The notes under the pieces were generated by a model. That model did not search any database, had not been told where the DNA came from, and saw only the letters and a list, made by a program, of their open reading frames with translations. From Candidatus Limnocylindria bacterium (GTDB lineage: Bacteria > Chloroflexota > Limnocylindria > QHBO01), in the NCBI GenBank assembly GCA_038248895.1, contig JBBRWZ010000004.1, positions 1 to 61,494 on the forward strand: a stretch of DNA of 61,494 nucleotides, written 5' to 3'. The translations under genes and the position numbers were made by a program. Shown one piece after another: positions 30,089 through 46,463 of the stretch. How positions within the stretch are numbered: position 1 is the first letter of the stretch; every line of letters begins with the position of its first letter.

Positions 30089-30109
30089 TCCGCCGTCCTG
30101 ACCAACGGC

Positions 30110-30155
30110 AAACGGCCGCTCGACGACGCCGCACGGCGCCGCGGGCGGCCGTTTT
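30110..30155 (+). terminator. intrinsic terminator
   Basis: AAACGGCCGCTCG...CGGGCGGCCGTTTT. Confidence 0.65.
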
Positions 30156-30187
30156 GCTGCCTCACGGAGGGCGTTCATTGCCGGTGA

Positions 30188-33899
<3,712 letters not shown>

Positions 33900-33906
33900 G
33901 CCAGCG

Positions 33907-34671
33907 GTGGAGCTGACCCCGCACGCGGAGCGTAACCGCGCCTTCTGGAACGACCTCGCCGATAGCTACCAGGCGACCCAGGGGCCGCAGCTCGCCATCC
34001 ATGGTGCCGCGTGGGGCGTCTGGCAGATCCCCGAGGACGAGGTCCGCGCGCTCGGCGAGGTGGCGGGCCGCGACACCATCGAGCTCGGCTGCGGTGCGGC
34101 GCAGTGGTCGATCGCGCTGGCGCGGCGCGGCGCGCGGGCCGTGGCAATCGACATCTCCGAACGCCAGCTCGAGCACGCGCACCGGCTCGTGGACGCGTCG
34201 CGCACGCAGGTGACGCTGCTGCAAGCCAGCGCGGAGGCGGTGCCGCTGCCGGATGCGGCGTTCGACATCGCCTTCTGCGACCACGGCGCGCTGATCTTCA
34301 GCGATCCGGATCGCACGATCCCCGAAGCGGCGCGACTGCTGCGCGACGGTGGCCTCCTCGCATTCAGCATGCACACCCCACTGGCCGAGGTCTGCTGGCC
34401 GGCGACGGAGGACGAGCCGATCGATCGTCTCGCCAACGACTACTTCGGCCTGCGCGTTGTCGACGTTGGCGCGTCGCCCCACGTCGAGTTCCAGCTCACG
34501 TACGGCGACTGGATCCGCTGCTTCGTCCGCAATGGCTTCGAGATCCTGGACCTGGTCGAGCTCCGCCCCGCCGCCGACGCCACGAGCACCTATCGGACCG
34601 ATGTGTCACGCGAGTGGGCTCGCCGCTGGCCACTCGAGCACATCTGGCGCCTGCGCCGTCGTCCCCGCTGA
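33907..34671 (+). CDS. class I SAM-dependent methyltransferase
   Basis: ELGCGAA motif I, DIS, RLLRDGG. Confidence 0.85.
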   Translation: MELTPHAERNRAFWNDLADSYQATQGPQLAIHGAAWGVWQIPEDEVRALGEVAGRDTIELGCGAAQWSIALARRGARAVAIDISERQLEHAHRLVDASRTQVTLLQASAEAVPLPDAAFDIAFCDHGALIFSDPDRTIPEAARLLRDGGLLAFSMHTPLAEVCWPATEDEPIDRLANDYFGLRVVDVGASPHVEFQLTYGDWIRCFVRNGFEILDLVELRPAADATSTYRTDVSREWARRWPLEHIWRLRRRPR

Positions 34672-34675
34672 GCCG

Positions 34676-35161
34676 CTACGCCTCGACCGGCCGGACCTCG
34701 TCACCCTCGCGCACCGTTCCCTCGCGGAGGACGCGGGCGTACCAGCGGGCATCCGCGGGATTGGTCGTGCCGCTGATCCGTGCGATGTGACGGTCCACGA
34801 AGTAGTGGGCGATCGTCTGGCACGGTTGTGCCACCTCGGTGACCTCGATCACCGGTCCCTCGCGACCGATGGCGAGGCGCGTTCCCGGCGCGAGGTCGCC
34901 CATCTCGATCCCGTCCAGGGTGAGGTTCTCGCCGAAGGCACCGGGGAATGCCGTGTGGCCATCGGCGACGACCCGGGCGATCGAAGCGACCGAATAGAGG
35001 CTGACCGCCTTGTCCGGGCCGCCATGTGAGGGAGGAGGCTCGGTGTGGGCGTCATCCCGCAGCCCGAGCGTGCCGATCCACGTCTCGGCGACCGGCACCT
35101 TCGGGACGCCGCCGGCGGAGACGTTGATCGATGCGACGCGTCCGCTGCGGAAGGCTGTCAT
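34676..35161 (-). CDS. MOSC domain protein (YiiM-like)
   Basis: GGVPK, HGGPDKAV, GAFGENLT, PC, YARVLREG. Confidence 0.88.
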   Translation of the reverse strand: MTAFRSGRVASINVSAGGVPKVPVAETWIGTLGLRDDAHTEPPPSHGGPDKAVSLYSVASIARVVADGHTAFPGAFGENLTLDGIEMGDLAPGTRLAIGREGPVIEVTEVAQPCQTIAHYFVDRHIARISGTTNPADARWYARVLREGTVREGDEVRPVEA

Positions 35162-35240
35162 GCGAATGCTCCTGGGTGCGGTTCGACCCCGGCCGATGAG
35201 CCGGGGTCGAATGATGATGCGCTGCGCTGGTCGCGGGCGG

Positions 35241-35759
35241 TCAGCCCTCGCCGTCCTGCTGCTTCCGCCGACGCGCGGCTGCCGACTCGCGCTGCGCGCG
35301 GGTGACGGCAACCTTGGCCTTGCCTGCGGCGGTGCGCGGGCGATCCGTCGCCTTCGCGGCGGCGGCCTTCGACGCCTTCGCGGCCTGGACCTTCTTGCGT
35401 TGCGCGGTCTTGCTCGCCGTCGTCTTCCGCTTCTGCGCGGCGGGCGCCTCGGCAGCGACGCCATCCAGCAGGTGCGCGGCGTTGATCTTCGCCATCAGCC
35501 GGCTCTTGCGGCGCGCCGCATTGTTCGGGTGGATCTGGCCCTTCTCGGCGGCCTTGTCGAGCGCGCTGATCGCCGCGCCGACGGCCGCCGGGGCGTCTCC
35601 GTCGTTGCGTCCCAGGGCGATGTTCGTGGCGCGCTGGACGAGCGTCTTCGCCTCACTTCGCGTGCGCTGGTTGACCGCGCTGCGGCGAAGCTCCTGTCGG
35701 ACGCGCTTGAGGGACTGCGGCGTGCGCGCGCCCTTCCAGGTTCGAGATGTTCTGGCCAC
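35241..35759 (-). CDS. rpsT: 30S ribosomal protein S20 with long basic C-terminal tail
   Basis: SLKRVRQ...LDKAAEKGQIHPNNAARRKSRL; GAGGA SD before GTG 35759. Confidence 0.9.
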   Translation of the reverse strand: MARTSRTWKGARTPQSLKRVRQELRRSAVNQRTRSEAKTLVQRATNIALGRNDGDAPAAVGAAISALDKAAEKGQIHPNNAARRKSRLMAKINAAHLLDGVAAEAPAAQKRKTTASKTAQRKKVQAAKASKAAAAKATDRPRTAAGKAKVAVTRAQRESAAARRRKQQDGEG

Positions 35760-36039
35760 GAAATTCCTCGATCGAGACTCTGTTGCTGCCCGCGAAACGG
35801 CGAGCACGACAACCACGCCACGAGCACGTGACGGGAGTCGCGGAGTATAGCACCGGCGCCCCGAGCGGCCAACCGCGGGCAGGCTCGACATCGCACCCCG
35901 GATGGCCGATACTCCGCTCACGCGATGGCGGCGCGTGCCCTCCTCCGCCACGGTAACGGAACGCCGCCGTGCGGCGTCGCAGGCAGGGAGGAGCTCCGAC
36001 GCTCACGCGTCCGCCACCGGAGCTGGAAATCGCGATCGA

Positions 36040-37917
36040 ATGACCACCACCGCCCTTCGCTCCCCTCGCGCGCTCATCCGCCATGCAGGCGCGCCGCGCA
36101 ACGCTCTCATCGGCTTCCTCGTCACCCTCGGCGTGGGCATTGCCCTGCTCGCGGGCACCGCCACCGCCATCGGCATCACGAGTGCCGGACGCGTGCTGCC
36201 CGGGGTGACCGTCGGGGGCGTCGAGATTGGCGGCCTGGATCGCGCTGCCGCCATCGAGCTGGTGTCATCGCGGCTTCCATCACTCTCCAGCGGCCACGCC
36301 AGCGTCACGATTGACGGCGCGACGACCGTCGTGGCGTACGGCACGCTGGGCCGGAGCTACGAGACCGAGCAGATGGTCGACGCGGCGATGGCCGTCGGCC
36401 GGGACGGCGATCCCCTCACCGTCAGCGGCGAGCGGTTCCGCAGCCTGCTCGGGCCAACCGCGCTGCCGGTGGTGGTCCATCCCTACGACCTCGGCGCCAT
36501 GCAGGATGTATCGGTCCAGCTCGCGCTCCGCTTCGCGCACGCCCCGGTCGATGCGCGCGTGTCCCTGCTGAATGGCTCATACGCGGTGTCGCCGGCCATC
36601 GCCGGGACCCGCCTCGACCCGCGGGCGATCAGCTCGGCGCTCGCTGCCGTCGTCGCCACCTCCGACCCGGCCGACGCATCGATCGCGCTGAGCACCACGA
36701 CGCGGCCCGCGACGGTCAGCACCGAGACGGCCGCCGCTGCTGCCGCCGCCGCGAACGGCATCACGGCCGCCCCGCTCGAGCTCACGCTGGGTGACGACGA
36801 GGAGGCGCTCAGCTTCACCGTCGAGCAGCTCCGCGGGCTGCTCACCTTCGCGACCCACGGCACCGGCTACGACGTCGTCGTCGACCGGGCCGGTGCCGAC
36901 GCGCTCGTCGTGTCGCTCGCCGAGGCGGTGGATCGCGACCCGGTGAGCGCACGCTTCGCCTACGGCGCCGGAGGCCCCAGCGGCGTCATCGCCGGCGTCA
37001 TCGGACGTGAGCTCGACGTCGAGGGCACCGTCGCCGCCGTCCGCGACGCGCTCGCCGGCCGGGCCGCGGGCGCCAGCATCCCGTCGCTGGCAATCGTCAC
37101 CAGCCAGACGGCGCCGGCGCTCACCACCGATGTCGCGCAGAGCGCCCTGGGGAAGATGCAGCGCATCAGCAGCTGGACCACGAAGTACGTGCCGGGCATC
37201 TCGAACTTCTATGGGGCCAACATCAGCATCCCGGCCTGGGACATCGACGGTCGCACGCTGGCGCCGGGCGAGTGGTTCAGCTTCTGGAACAGCATCGGCC
37301 CGGTGACCACGGCGCGCGGGTACGGGGAAGGCGGCGCGATCATCAACGGTCGCAGCCAGCCGACCGGGGCGCTCGCAGGTGGGATCTGCTCCACCTCGAC
37401 CACCATCTTCAACGCCGCCCTGCGGGCCGGCCTCAACATGGGGGAGCGGCAGAACCACTACTACTACATCTCGCGGTACCCGCTCGGCCTCGACGCAACC
37501 GTCTTCCGGACCGATTCGTACGCGATCGACATGACCTTCCAGAACGACACGTCGAGCCCGATCCTGATCCGCTCCTACGCCGCGGCCGGCTACGTGCGCT
37601 TCGACCTGTGGGGCGTGCCCACCGGTCGCACCGTCAGCTTCAGCCAGCCGGTCGTCAGCAACCGACGGGCTGCCAGTGACGTCACCGTGATCGATACGAC
37701 CCTCGCCCCCGGGACGGCGGTGCGTGACGAGACGGCGCACGACGGGATGGACGTCTCGGTCACCCGCTGGGTCTACGACGGGGGTGGAACGCTCATCCAC
37801 CGGGAGACGTACTTCAGCCCGTACAAGGCGGTCACCGGCATCACCCGTGTCGGGCCGGCTCCCGCGCCGCCGCCGCCCGAAGATCCGCCGCCCCCGGACG
37901 ATCCGCCGACGACCTGA
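36040..37917 (+). CDS. VanW-family protein with PG_binding_4-like and G5-like regions
   Basis: N-terminal TM, PGEWFSF, GGICSTSTTIFNAAL, YPLGLDAT. Confidence 0.85.
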   Translation: MTTTALRSPRALIRHAGAPRNALIGFLVTLGVGIALLAGTATAIGITSAGRVLPGVTVGGVEIGGLDRAAAIELVSSRLPSLSSGHASVTIDGATTVVAYGTLGRSYETEQMVDAAMAVGRDGDPLTVSGERFRSLLGPTALPVVVHPYDLGAMQDVSVQLALRFAHAPVDARVSLLNGSYAVSPAIAGTRLDPRAISSALAAVVATSDPADASIALSTTTRPATVSTETAAAAAAAANGITAAPLELTLGDDEEALSFTVEQLRGLLTFATHGTGYDVVVDRAGADALVVSLAEAVDRDPVSARFAYGAGGPSGVIAGVIGRELDVEGTVAAVRDALAGRAAGASIPSLAIVTSQTAPALTTDVAQSALGKMQRISSWTTKYVPGISNFYGANISIPAWDIDGRTLAPGEWFSFWNSIGPVTTARGYGEGGAIINGRSQPTGALAGGICSTSTTIFNAALRAGLNMGERQNHYYYISRYPLGLDATVFRTDSYAIDMTFQNDTSSPILIRSYAAAGYVRFDLWGVPTGRTVSFSQPVVSNRRAASDVTVIDTTLAPGTAVRDETAHDGMDVSVTRWVYDGGGTLIHRETYFSPYKAVTGITRVGPAPAPPPPEDPPPPDDPPTT

Positions 37918-38919
37918 TCAGGTGCGCGGCGGGTCACCGCGCAGCGTCCCGAGCAGCTCGCGCAGCCAGTTCGAGGGCGCGTCGCGCCATTCGGTGACCT
38001 CGTCGCTCGGCATCAGCTCCAGCATTCGCAGCCAGCCGAGCGCCTTCTGCGCTCCGCCGAGGCGCAGCACGCGATCGGCAAGTGGCTCCAGCTCGTCGAT
38101 GGCGGCGATCTCCGACCACGGCGCGAGGTACGCGCGATGGACGCGCCGCACCTCGTCGCTGTCCGGCATCAGCTCGAACCGATTCTCGAGCGCCACGTCG
38201 ACCACCAGCAGCGACATGAACGGGTGCGCCACGGCCGCGTCGCCCCAGTCGAGGACGCGGCCGCCGCCATCCACGTAGACATTCGCGTCGTGGAGGTCTC
38301 CGTGGTCGACCGAGGCGGGGATCGGCCCGGCTTCGACGGCACGCACCGCCTCGTCGAAGGCCGGCAGCAGCGCCACGAGCTCCAGCCGCTCGGCGTCCGT
38401 CAGCGCCTCGTCGCCGCCGGTGAGGCGCTCGGGGGCGGCGAGCAGCGCCTCGAGCGACCCGACGAGCGTCGATGGTCGCGCGTCCGGCACGCCCAGGGCG
38501 AGCATCTGCGGCACGCTGTCCGCCGCCGCGCGCTGGAGTCGCGCGAATCGCGGCAGGACAGTGGTCAGGATGGCCAGCACCTCGTCACGGTCCTCGATGT
38601 CGCGGGCGCGACGGCCGCCGTCGGCGGTGATCGACCAGCCCTGCGCCTCGTCACGGGCGATGAGCCCGGGGAGCAGCGTGTCGTCGAAGCGCAGCAGGTG
38701 GGCCAGCAGCGCGGGCTCGAAGCGCTGCGAGCCGGCGCCCGCCTTGGCGAACCGCACGCCCCGATCCGTCTCCGCGCGCAGCACCACCGACCACGGTCGC
38801 AGGTGGACCTCCTCGAGCGCGCCAACGACCGTCTCCCCAGCCTCGGTCAACGCGTGTGCAACCCATGCCTCGAAGTTCGCGCGCCAGCGCGGATCGGTCC
38901 AGACAGTCAATCCCTGCAT
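37918..38919 (-). CDS. aminoglycoside-phosphotransferase/kinase-like protein
   Basis: HGDLHDAN and LDWGDA Brenner-type motifs. Confidence 0.82.
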   Translation of the reverse strand: MQGLTVWTDPRWRANFEAWVAHALTEAGETVVGALEEVHLRPWSVVLRAETDRGVRFAKAGAGSQRFEPALLAHLLRFDDTLLPGLIARDEAQGWSITADGGRRARDIEDRDEVLAILTTVLPRFARLQRAAADSVPQMLALGVPDARPSTLVGSLEALLAAPERLTGGDEALTDAERLELVALLPAFDEAVRAVEAGPIPASVDHGDLHDANVYVDGGGRVLDWGDAAVAHPFMSLLVVDVALENRFELMPDSDEVRRVHRAYLAPWSEIAAIDELEPLADRVLRLGGAQKALGWLRMLELMPSDEVTEWRDAPSNWLRELLGTLRGDPPRT

Positions 38920-38957
38920 CCCGCGGATGCTACCGCGGTCGCGTAGACTTCCGCCTC

Positions 38958-40768
<1,811 letters not shown>

Positions 40769-40772
<4 letters not shown>

Positions 40773-41431
40773 GCTTCTTCGAGTCGCTGCGGCTGGCGAT
40801 CGCACTGGGCCTGACGCTGTTCCTGGTGCTGCTCCGCTTCGACTCGGATCGTATCGTCCGCTCCGACTACTTCCGCTACCGATCGAATTGGCTCGGACCG
40901 GCCAGCTACTACGCGCTGGTGCTGATCTTCGCGATCGGCATCGCCTTCATCCTCCCCGACGGACGACGGCAGCTGTTCCTGGCCGGCGGTGACCCGGACC
41001 GTGCGCTGCCGATCATGTTCCTCTTCCTGGCGGTGGCGCTGATCAACGCCGCGGCGCTGGCCTACCTCCGCTACGGGGGCATCCTCCCGCTGCCGTCGGC
41101 ACTCCTGCCGGACCGCATCCTGGGCGCGCTGATGAATGCCGTAGCGGAGGAGATCCAGTTCCGGTCGGTCGTCTTCGGCATGCTCATCTTCGCCGGCCTG
41201 CCGACCGGCCTGGCGCTGATCCTCCAGGCGCTTGTCTACGGCCTGGCGCACCGCCGCCTGTGGCAGGAACGCGACTGGTACTTCCTCGCGGGCTCGGTGA
41301 TCCTCGGCTACGCCGCGGGCCTCGCGACGCTCCACACCGGGTCGGTGATCCCGGCCATCGTCGGCCACTTCGCCGTCAGCATGGCCTTCTTCGCCTTCGC
41401 CGGCGGGCGTCTCCGCCAGCGCCCGATCTAG
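40769..41431 (+). CDS. CPBP (CAAX/Abi) intramembrane metalloprotease
   Basis: EEIQFR, YGLAH, AIVGH motifs; GTGA overlap with lepA. Confidence 0.85.
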
Positions 41432-41487
41432 CGCTTACCCGGCGCCGCATGCCCGCGGCGGTCGCGAACCGATAGGCTGCCTGGCTG

Positions 41488-42666
41488 ATGCCGTCCCATC
41501 ATCTCTACGTCCATGTCCCGTTCTGCCGCCTCGTCTGCGCCTACTGCGACTTCGTCACGGTAGGCGGGCGCGGCGAGGCGATTCCCCGCTACGTGGAGGC
41601 GCTCCTCGCCGAGATCGCGGCGCGTCCCCGGCCCGGGACGCTGCGCACGATCTATTTTGGCGGCGGCACGCCGTCGCTGCTGCCGGCGGACGCCGTCGGG
41701 CGCATCGTGGCGACGGCCGTGGGTGGATGGAGTGGGGCCGCGGTCGAGGAGGTGACGCTCGAGGCGAATCCGAGCCAGCGTGAGCGGCCGGACTGGGCGG
41801 CGCTGCGTTCCGCCGGCGTGACGCGGCTCAGCCTGGGAGTGCAGTCGCTGCGCGACGAGACGCTCGGCACGCTGGCGCGCGGGCACACCGTGGCCGAGGC
41901 GCGCTCGGCCTACGCGGCGGCACGTGCCGCCGGCTTCGATAACGTCAGCATCGACCTCATCTACGGCGTTCCCGGCCAGTCCCTCGCCGCCTGGCGCGAC
42001 GACCTCGGAACGGCACTTGCGCTCGATCCGCCGCCGGACCACCTCAGCCTCTATGCGCTCCAGCTGGCCCTGGCGCCGGACGAGTGGGCCGCACCGCCGC
42101 GCCCCGGCGCGCTGCGCTGGCGCCAGCGGCTCGGGGCGCGGCAGGACGATGACCTCGGGGCGAGGCAGTACCAGCTCGCGGAGGAGCTGCTCGAGGCCGG
42201 CGGCTACGAGCACTACGAGCTCAGCTCGTGGGCGCGGCCCGGGCGTGCGTCGCGGCACAACGGCGCCTACTGGGACCGTCGCGCGTACACCGGCATCGGG
42301 GCCGGCGCGCACTCGTATGACGGGGCGCGCCGCCGATCGTGGAACGAGCGCAACCTCGACGTGTATCTCGCACGCGTCGCGGCGGGGGAGCGACCGCTCG
42401 CCGGTGCGGAGGACCTCGACGACGCGGCGCTCGGTTTCGAGGCCGTCGCGCTCGGGCTGCGGCGCGTGACGGGCATCTCGCGTGCCGGCGTGCGCGCGGA
42501 GCTCGGGGCAGATCGAACGGCAGCGTTCGACGCGGCGCTGACGGTGGGCATCGAACGCGGCCTGCTCACCGCCAGCCACGATCGGATCAGCCTCTCGGCG
42601 GAGGGGCGGCTGCTTGCCAACGAGGCGTTGCTGCCCTTCGCGCCCGAGGCGCCGAGGGTGCGTTGA
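41488..42666 (+). CDS. hemW: radical SAM heme chaperone HemW
   Basis: LYVHVPFCRLVCAYCDF, FGGGTPS, HYELSS, HNGAYW. Confidence 0.9.
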   Translation: MPSHHLYVHVPFCRLVCAYCDFVTVGGRGEAIPRYVEALLAEIAARPRPGTLRTIYFGGGTPSLLPADAVGRIVATAVGGWSGAAVEEVTLEANPSQRERPDWAALRSAGVTRLSLGVQSLRDETLGTLARGHTVAEARSAYAAARAAGFDNVSIDLIYGVPGQSLAAWRDDLGTALALDPPPDHLSLYALQLALAPDEWAAPPRPGALRWRQRLGARQDDDLGARQYQLAEELLEAGGYEHYELSSWARPGRASRHNGAYWDRRAYTGIGAGAHSYDGARRRSWNERNLDVYLARVAAGERPLAGAEDLDDAALGFEAVALGLRRVTGISRAGVRAELGADRTAAFDAALTVGIERGLLTASHDRISLSAEGRLLANEALLPFAPEAPRVR

Positions 42667-42692
42667 CATCGGTCTGACGCGGGCGGTACCAT
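42663..42692 (+). promoter_or_regulatory. sigma-70 promoter of the hrcA operon
   Basis: TTGACA-N18-TACCAT. Confidence 0.8.
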
Positions 42693-42706
42693 CCCCCCAC
42701 CGCATG

Positions 42707-42733
42707 TTGGCACTCTCCGCGATAGAGTGCCAA
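42707..42733. promoter_or_regulatory. CIRCE element
   Basis: TTGGCACTC-N9-GAGTGCCAA before hrcA. Confidence 0.95.
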
Positions 42734-42745
42734 CCGGAGGATTTC

Positions 42746-43831
42746 ATGGTCCAGCGCAGCGAGCGCCACAACGAACATATCGAGCTGACCGAGCGTCAGC
42801 GCAGCGTCCTGCGCGCCGTCGTCGAGGACTATCTGCTGACGGCCGTGCCCGTCGGCTCGAAGGCCCTCGTCGCCCGCTACGGGCTGCCGGTCAGCTCGGC
42901 CACGGTCCGCAGCGCGATGGCCGAGCTGGAGGCGATGGGCCTGCTCTGGCATCCCCACACGAGTGCCGGGCGCGTGCCGTCCGACCTTGGCTACCGGGTC
43001 TACGTCGAGTCGCTCATGCGCGAGACGTCACTCGACCAGGCGGACCAGCTCATGATCCGCCACCAGTTCGCGCAGGTGCAGCTGACCACCGACGAGTGGC
43101 TGCGCCTTGCCGCCTCGATCCTGGCGGCGACGACCCGCTCCGCCGCGGTCGTGACGCCAGCCCGCTCGCGCCGTGCTCGATTCGGCCACGTGCAGCTCGT
43201 CCAGCTCGCCGACGGGGCGCGGCTCGCCGTCCTCGTCCTCGCCGACGGCAAGGTGGCCCAGCGCCGCCTCGACCGCGCGACCATCGACCGCCTCGGCGAC
43301 GAGCGGCCCGGACAGCGCGAGCTCGACGCGGCCGCGATGGTGCTCAACGCGGAGCTGGCCGGCCTGACCGCGCCGCTGGCGCGCCGGCGCCTCCCCAGGC
43401 TCGCGCCGCTCGCCGCCCACGTCGGGGACACCGTCGCCGCGCTGCTCGAGGAGTCGGACGGCGTCGCTCTCGGGGATGTCTTCACCGATGGCGTGATGAA
43501 CGTGCTGGAGCAGCCCGAGTTCGCCCACGGCGGCAAGCTGCGCGCGATCCTCGAGGTGGTCCAGCGCAGCGACTTCCTGGAGCAGCTCTTCCCGCTGATC
43601 ACGCGGCGCGGCGGCGTGCACGTCATCATCGGGCGCGAGAACAGCAACGACGCGATGCACGAGGTGAGCCTCGTCTTCGCGCCCTATGGCGCCACCGACA
43701 GCGCGCTCGGTCTGCTGGGCGTGCTCGGTCCGACGCGGATGCCCTACCCACGGGCGATTCCCACCGTCCGATACCTGTCCACGCTCATGAACGAGCTCGT
43801 GAGCACTCACCCGAACGAGACCCATGACTGA
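42746..43831 (+). CDS. hrcA: heat-inducible transcription repressor HrcA
   Basis: PVGSK, SSATVR, PHTSAGRVPSDLGYR, GPTRM; GGAGG SD. Confidence 0.96.
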   Translation: MVQRSERHNEHIELTERQRSVLRAVVEDYLLTAVPVGSKALVARYGLPVSSATVRSAMAELEAMGLLWHPHTSAGRVPSDLGYRVYVESLMRETSLDQADQLMIRHQFAQVQLTTDEWLRLAASILAATTRSAAVVTPARSRRARFGHVQLVQLADGARLAVLVLADGKVAQRRLDRATIDRLGDERPGQRELDAAAMVLNAELAGLTAPLARRRLPRLAPLAAHVGDTVAALLEESDGVALGDVFTDGVMNVLEQPEFAHGGKLRAILEVVQRSDFLEQLFPLITRRGGVHVIIGRENSNDAMHEVSLVFAPYGATDSALGLLGVLGPTRMPYPRAIPTVRYLSTLMNELVSTHPNETHD

Positions 43832-44408
43832 CGAACCGACAAACGGCGGACCACGCCGCAGCCGCGCCCGGACACGTGCCGAGGAGCGGGCCGACAGCGT
43901 GCCGGTGCCGACGCGGCTCGAGCTGCTGGAGCTGCTGGAGCAGGCGACGCGCGAGCGCGACGAGCACCAGGCGCGGGCCGATGAGGCCACCTACAAGTGG
44001 CAGCGCTCGGCTGCCGATTTCGCGAACTTCAAGCGGCGGACCGACGAGGAGCGCACGGTGATGTCCCAGGTCGGGACGACGCTGCTCGTCGGCAAGCTGC
44101 TGAGCGTGCTCGACGACCTCGATCGCGCCATGGCCAGCGTCCCATCCGATGCCCACGAGGGCTGGGTCGAGGGCGTGCGCCTGGTGGAACGGAAACTGCG
44201 ATCGGTGATCGAGTCGGAGGGCGTGACGCCCATCGACGCGCTCGGCGAGCCGTTCGACCCGAACGTCCACGAGGCGGTCGTCCACGAGCCGACGACCGAG
44301 CATCCGAACAACACGGTGATCGAGGAGCTGCAGCGCGGCTACCGGCTCCACGATCGTGTCCTGCGGCCGTCCATGGTGAAGGTCGCCAACAATCCCGGCC
44401 GCGAGTAG
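43824..44408 (+). CDS. grpE: nucleotide exchange factor GrpE
   Basis: [32 protein letters not shown]. Confidence 0.96.
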   Translation: MTDEPTNGGPRRSRARTRAEERADSVPVPTRLELLELLEQATRERDEHQARADEATYKWQRSAADFANFKRRTDEERTVMSQVGTTLLVGKLLSVLDDLDRAMASVPSDAHEGWVEGVRLVERKLRSVIESEGVTPIDALGEPFDPNVHEAVVHEPTTEHPNNTVIEELQRGYRLHDRVLRPSMVKVANNPGRE

Positions 44409-44464
44409 AACGCAACCAACCAGCTGACGAGGCCCTCCGGGGCGTCGCGAGGAGAACAGGCAGC

Positions 44465-46399
44465 ATGAGCAAGATCATCGGCATCGATCTGGGGACCACC
44501 AACTCGGTGGTCGCCGCCATGGAGGGCGGCGAGCCCCAGGTGATCACCAACGCCGAAGGCGGACGCATCACCCCCTCGGTCGTGGCCGTCGCCAAGAGCG
44601 GCGAGCGGCTGGTTGGGCAGGTGGCCAAGCGGCAGGCAATCACCAACCCGGAGAACACCGTCTTCTCCATCAAGCGCTTCATGGGTCGCCGCTGGGACGA
44701 CCCCGAGGTCCAGCGCAGCAAGGACCTGGTGCCGTACGACGTCGCCAAGGACCCGAAGTCCGACGGCATCATCGTCAAGCTCGCCAACGGCAAGGAGTAC
44801 AGCCCGCCGGAGATCAGCGCCATGATCCTCCAGAAGCTGAAGGCGGATGCGGAGGCGTTCCTCGGCGAGAAGGTCACCGAGGCGGTCATCACCGTCCCTG
44901 CCTACTTTGACGACACGCAGCGGCAGGCGACCAAGGACGCGGGCCGCATCGCCGGTCTCGACGTCAAGCGGATCGTCAACGAGCCGACGGCATCGGCGCT
45001 GGCGTACGGGCTCGACAAGCAGAAGGACGAGAAGATCGCCGTCTACGATCTGGGCGGCGGCACGTTCGACATCAGCATCCTCGAGCTCTCGGAGGGCGTC
45101 TTCGAGGTCCGCAGCACGAATGGTGACACGCGCCTCGGCGGCGACGACTTCGACCAGCGCGTCATGGAATGGCTGATGGAGGAGTTCAAGAAGGACCAGG
45201 GCATCGACCTCTCCAAGGATCGAATCGTCCTGCAGCGCCTCAAGGAGGCCGCCGAGAAGGCGAAGATCGAGCTGTCGAGCACGACCTCGACGGAGGTCAA
45301 CCTGCCGTTCATCAGCGCCGATGCGTCGGGCACGCCCAAGCACCTGGTCATGAATCTGACCCGGGCCAAGCTCGAGGATCTCGTCGCCGACCTCGTGAAG
45401 CGCACCGAGGACCCGGTGCGCAAGGCCCTCGCCGACGCCAACCTGAAGCCCGGTGACATCGACGAGGTGATCCTCGTCGGCGGCATGACGCGCATGCCGA
45501 CCGTCATCGAGGCGGTGAAGAAGATGTTCGGCGGCAAGGAGCCGCACAAGGGCGTCAATCCGGACGAGGTGGTCGCCGTGGGCGCCGCCATCCAGGCCGG
45601 TGTGCTCGGCGGCGAGGTGAAGGACGTCCTCCTCCTCGACGTCACGCCGCTCACCCTGGGGATCGAGACGCTCGGCGGCGTGGCGACCAAGATGATCGCG
45701 CGCAACACGACCATTCCCACTTCCCACACCCAGATCTTCTCGACCGCGTCGGAAAACCAGCCGAGTGTCGACATCGTCGTGCTCCAGGGCGAGCGTGAGA
45801 TGGCATCCGACAACAAGAAGCTGGCGACGTTCCGCCTCGACGGCATTCCCCCGGCTCCCCGTGGCGTGCCGCAGGTCGAGGTGACGTTCGACATCGACGC
45901 GAACGGCATCCTCAACGTGGCGGCCAAGGACAAGGCGACCGGCAAGGAGCAGAAGGTCACGATCACCGCGTCCTCGATGCTCTCCAAGGACGACGTCGAC
46001 CGCATGGTGCGCGAGGCCGCCGAGCACGCGTCGGAGGATTCAGAGAAGCGTCGTCAGGCCGAGTCGCGCAACGAGGCCGATGCGCTCGTCTTCCAGGCCG
46101 AGCGGCTGGTGGCGGACCTCGGTGAGAAGCTCGCCGACGACGAGAAGACCGAGGTCGGGAACAAGACCGATGCGGTCCGCGAGGCCCTCAAGGGAACCGA
46201 TGCGGGCGCCATCGACTCGACGAAGCAGCAGCTCACCGAGGCGCTGCAACGGGTTGGTGCCAAGGCGTACGCCGACGCGGATCCGACCGATGGAGCGGCA
46301 GCGGGCGGGGACAACGGCACCACTCCCGAGGGTGACGCCGCGCCGGATGCCACCGAGGACGAGGGCGAGACGATCGAGGGCGAGTACAAGGAGGTCTGA
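44465..46399 (+). CDS. dnaK: chaperone DnaK
   Basis: [30 protein letters not shown]. Confidence 0.98.
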   Translation: MSKIIGIDLGTTNSVVAAMEGGEPQVITNAEGGRITPSVVAVAKSGERLVGQVAKRQAITNPENTVFSIKRFMGRRWDDPEVQRSKDLVPYDVAKDPKSDGIIVKLANGKEYSPPEISAMILQKLKADAEAFLGEKVTEAVITVPAYFDDTQRQATKDAGRIAGLDVKRIVNEPTASALAYGLDKQKDEKIAVYDLGGGTFDISILELSEGVFEVRSTNGDTRLGGDDFDQRVMEWLMEEFKKDQGIDLSKDRIVLQRLKEAAEKAKIELSSTTSTEVNLPFISADASGTPKHLVMNLTRAKLEDLVADLVKRTEDPVRKALADANLKPGDIDEVILVGGMTRMPTVIEAVKKMFGGKEPHKGVNPDEVVAVGAAIQAGVLGGEVKDVLLLDVTPLTLGIETLGGVATKMIARNTTIPTSHTQIFSTASENQPSVDIVVLQGEREMASDNKKLATFRLDGIPPAPRGVPQVEVTFDIDANGILNVAAKDKATGKEQKVTITASSMLSKDDVDRMVREAAEHASEDSEKRRQAESRNEADALVFQAERLVADLGEKLADDEKTEVGNKTDAVREALKGTDAGAIDSTKQQLTEALQRVGAKAYADADPTDGAAAGGDNGTTPEGDAAPDATEDEGETIEGEYKEV

Positions 46400-46419
46400 C
46401 CGCCTCCCACCGGCGATCG

Positions 46420-46459
46420 GGCCGGGGCGGGCGCCGTGGTGTGCGGACCCGCTCCGGCC
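46420..46459. terminator. GC-rich hairpin between convergent dnaK and mscL
   Basis: GGCCGGGGCGGG...CCCGCTCCGGCC. Confidence 0.55.
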
Positions 46460-46463
46460 AGCG

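Noticed and set aside
36040-38919. Antibiotic resistance locus (VanW plus APH)
   Set aside because: Both are broad families with housekeeping members; no van ligase cluster or mobile context.
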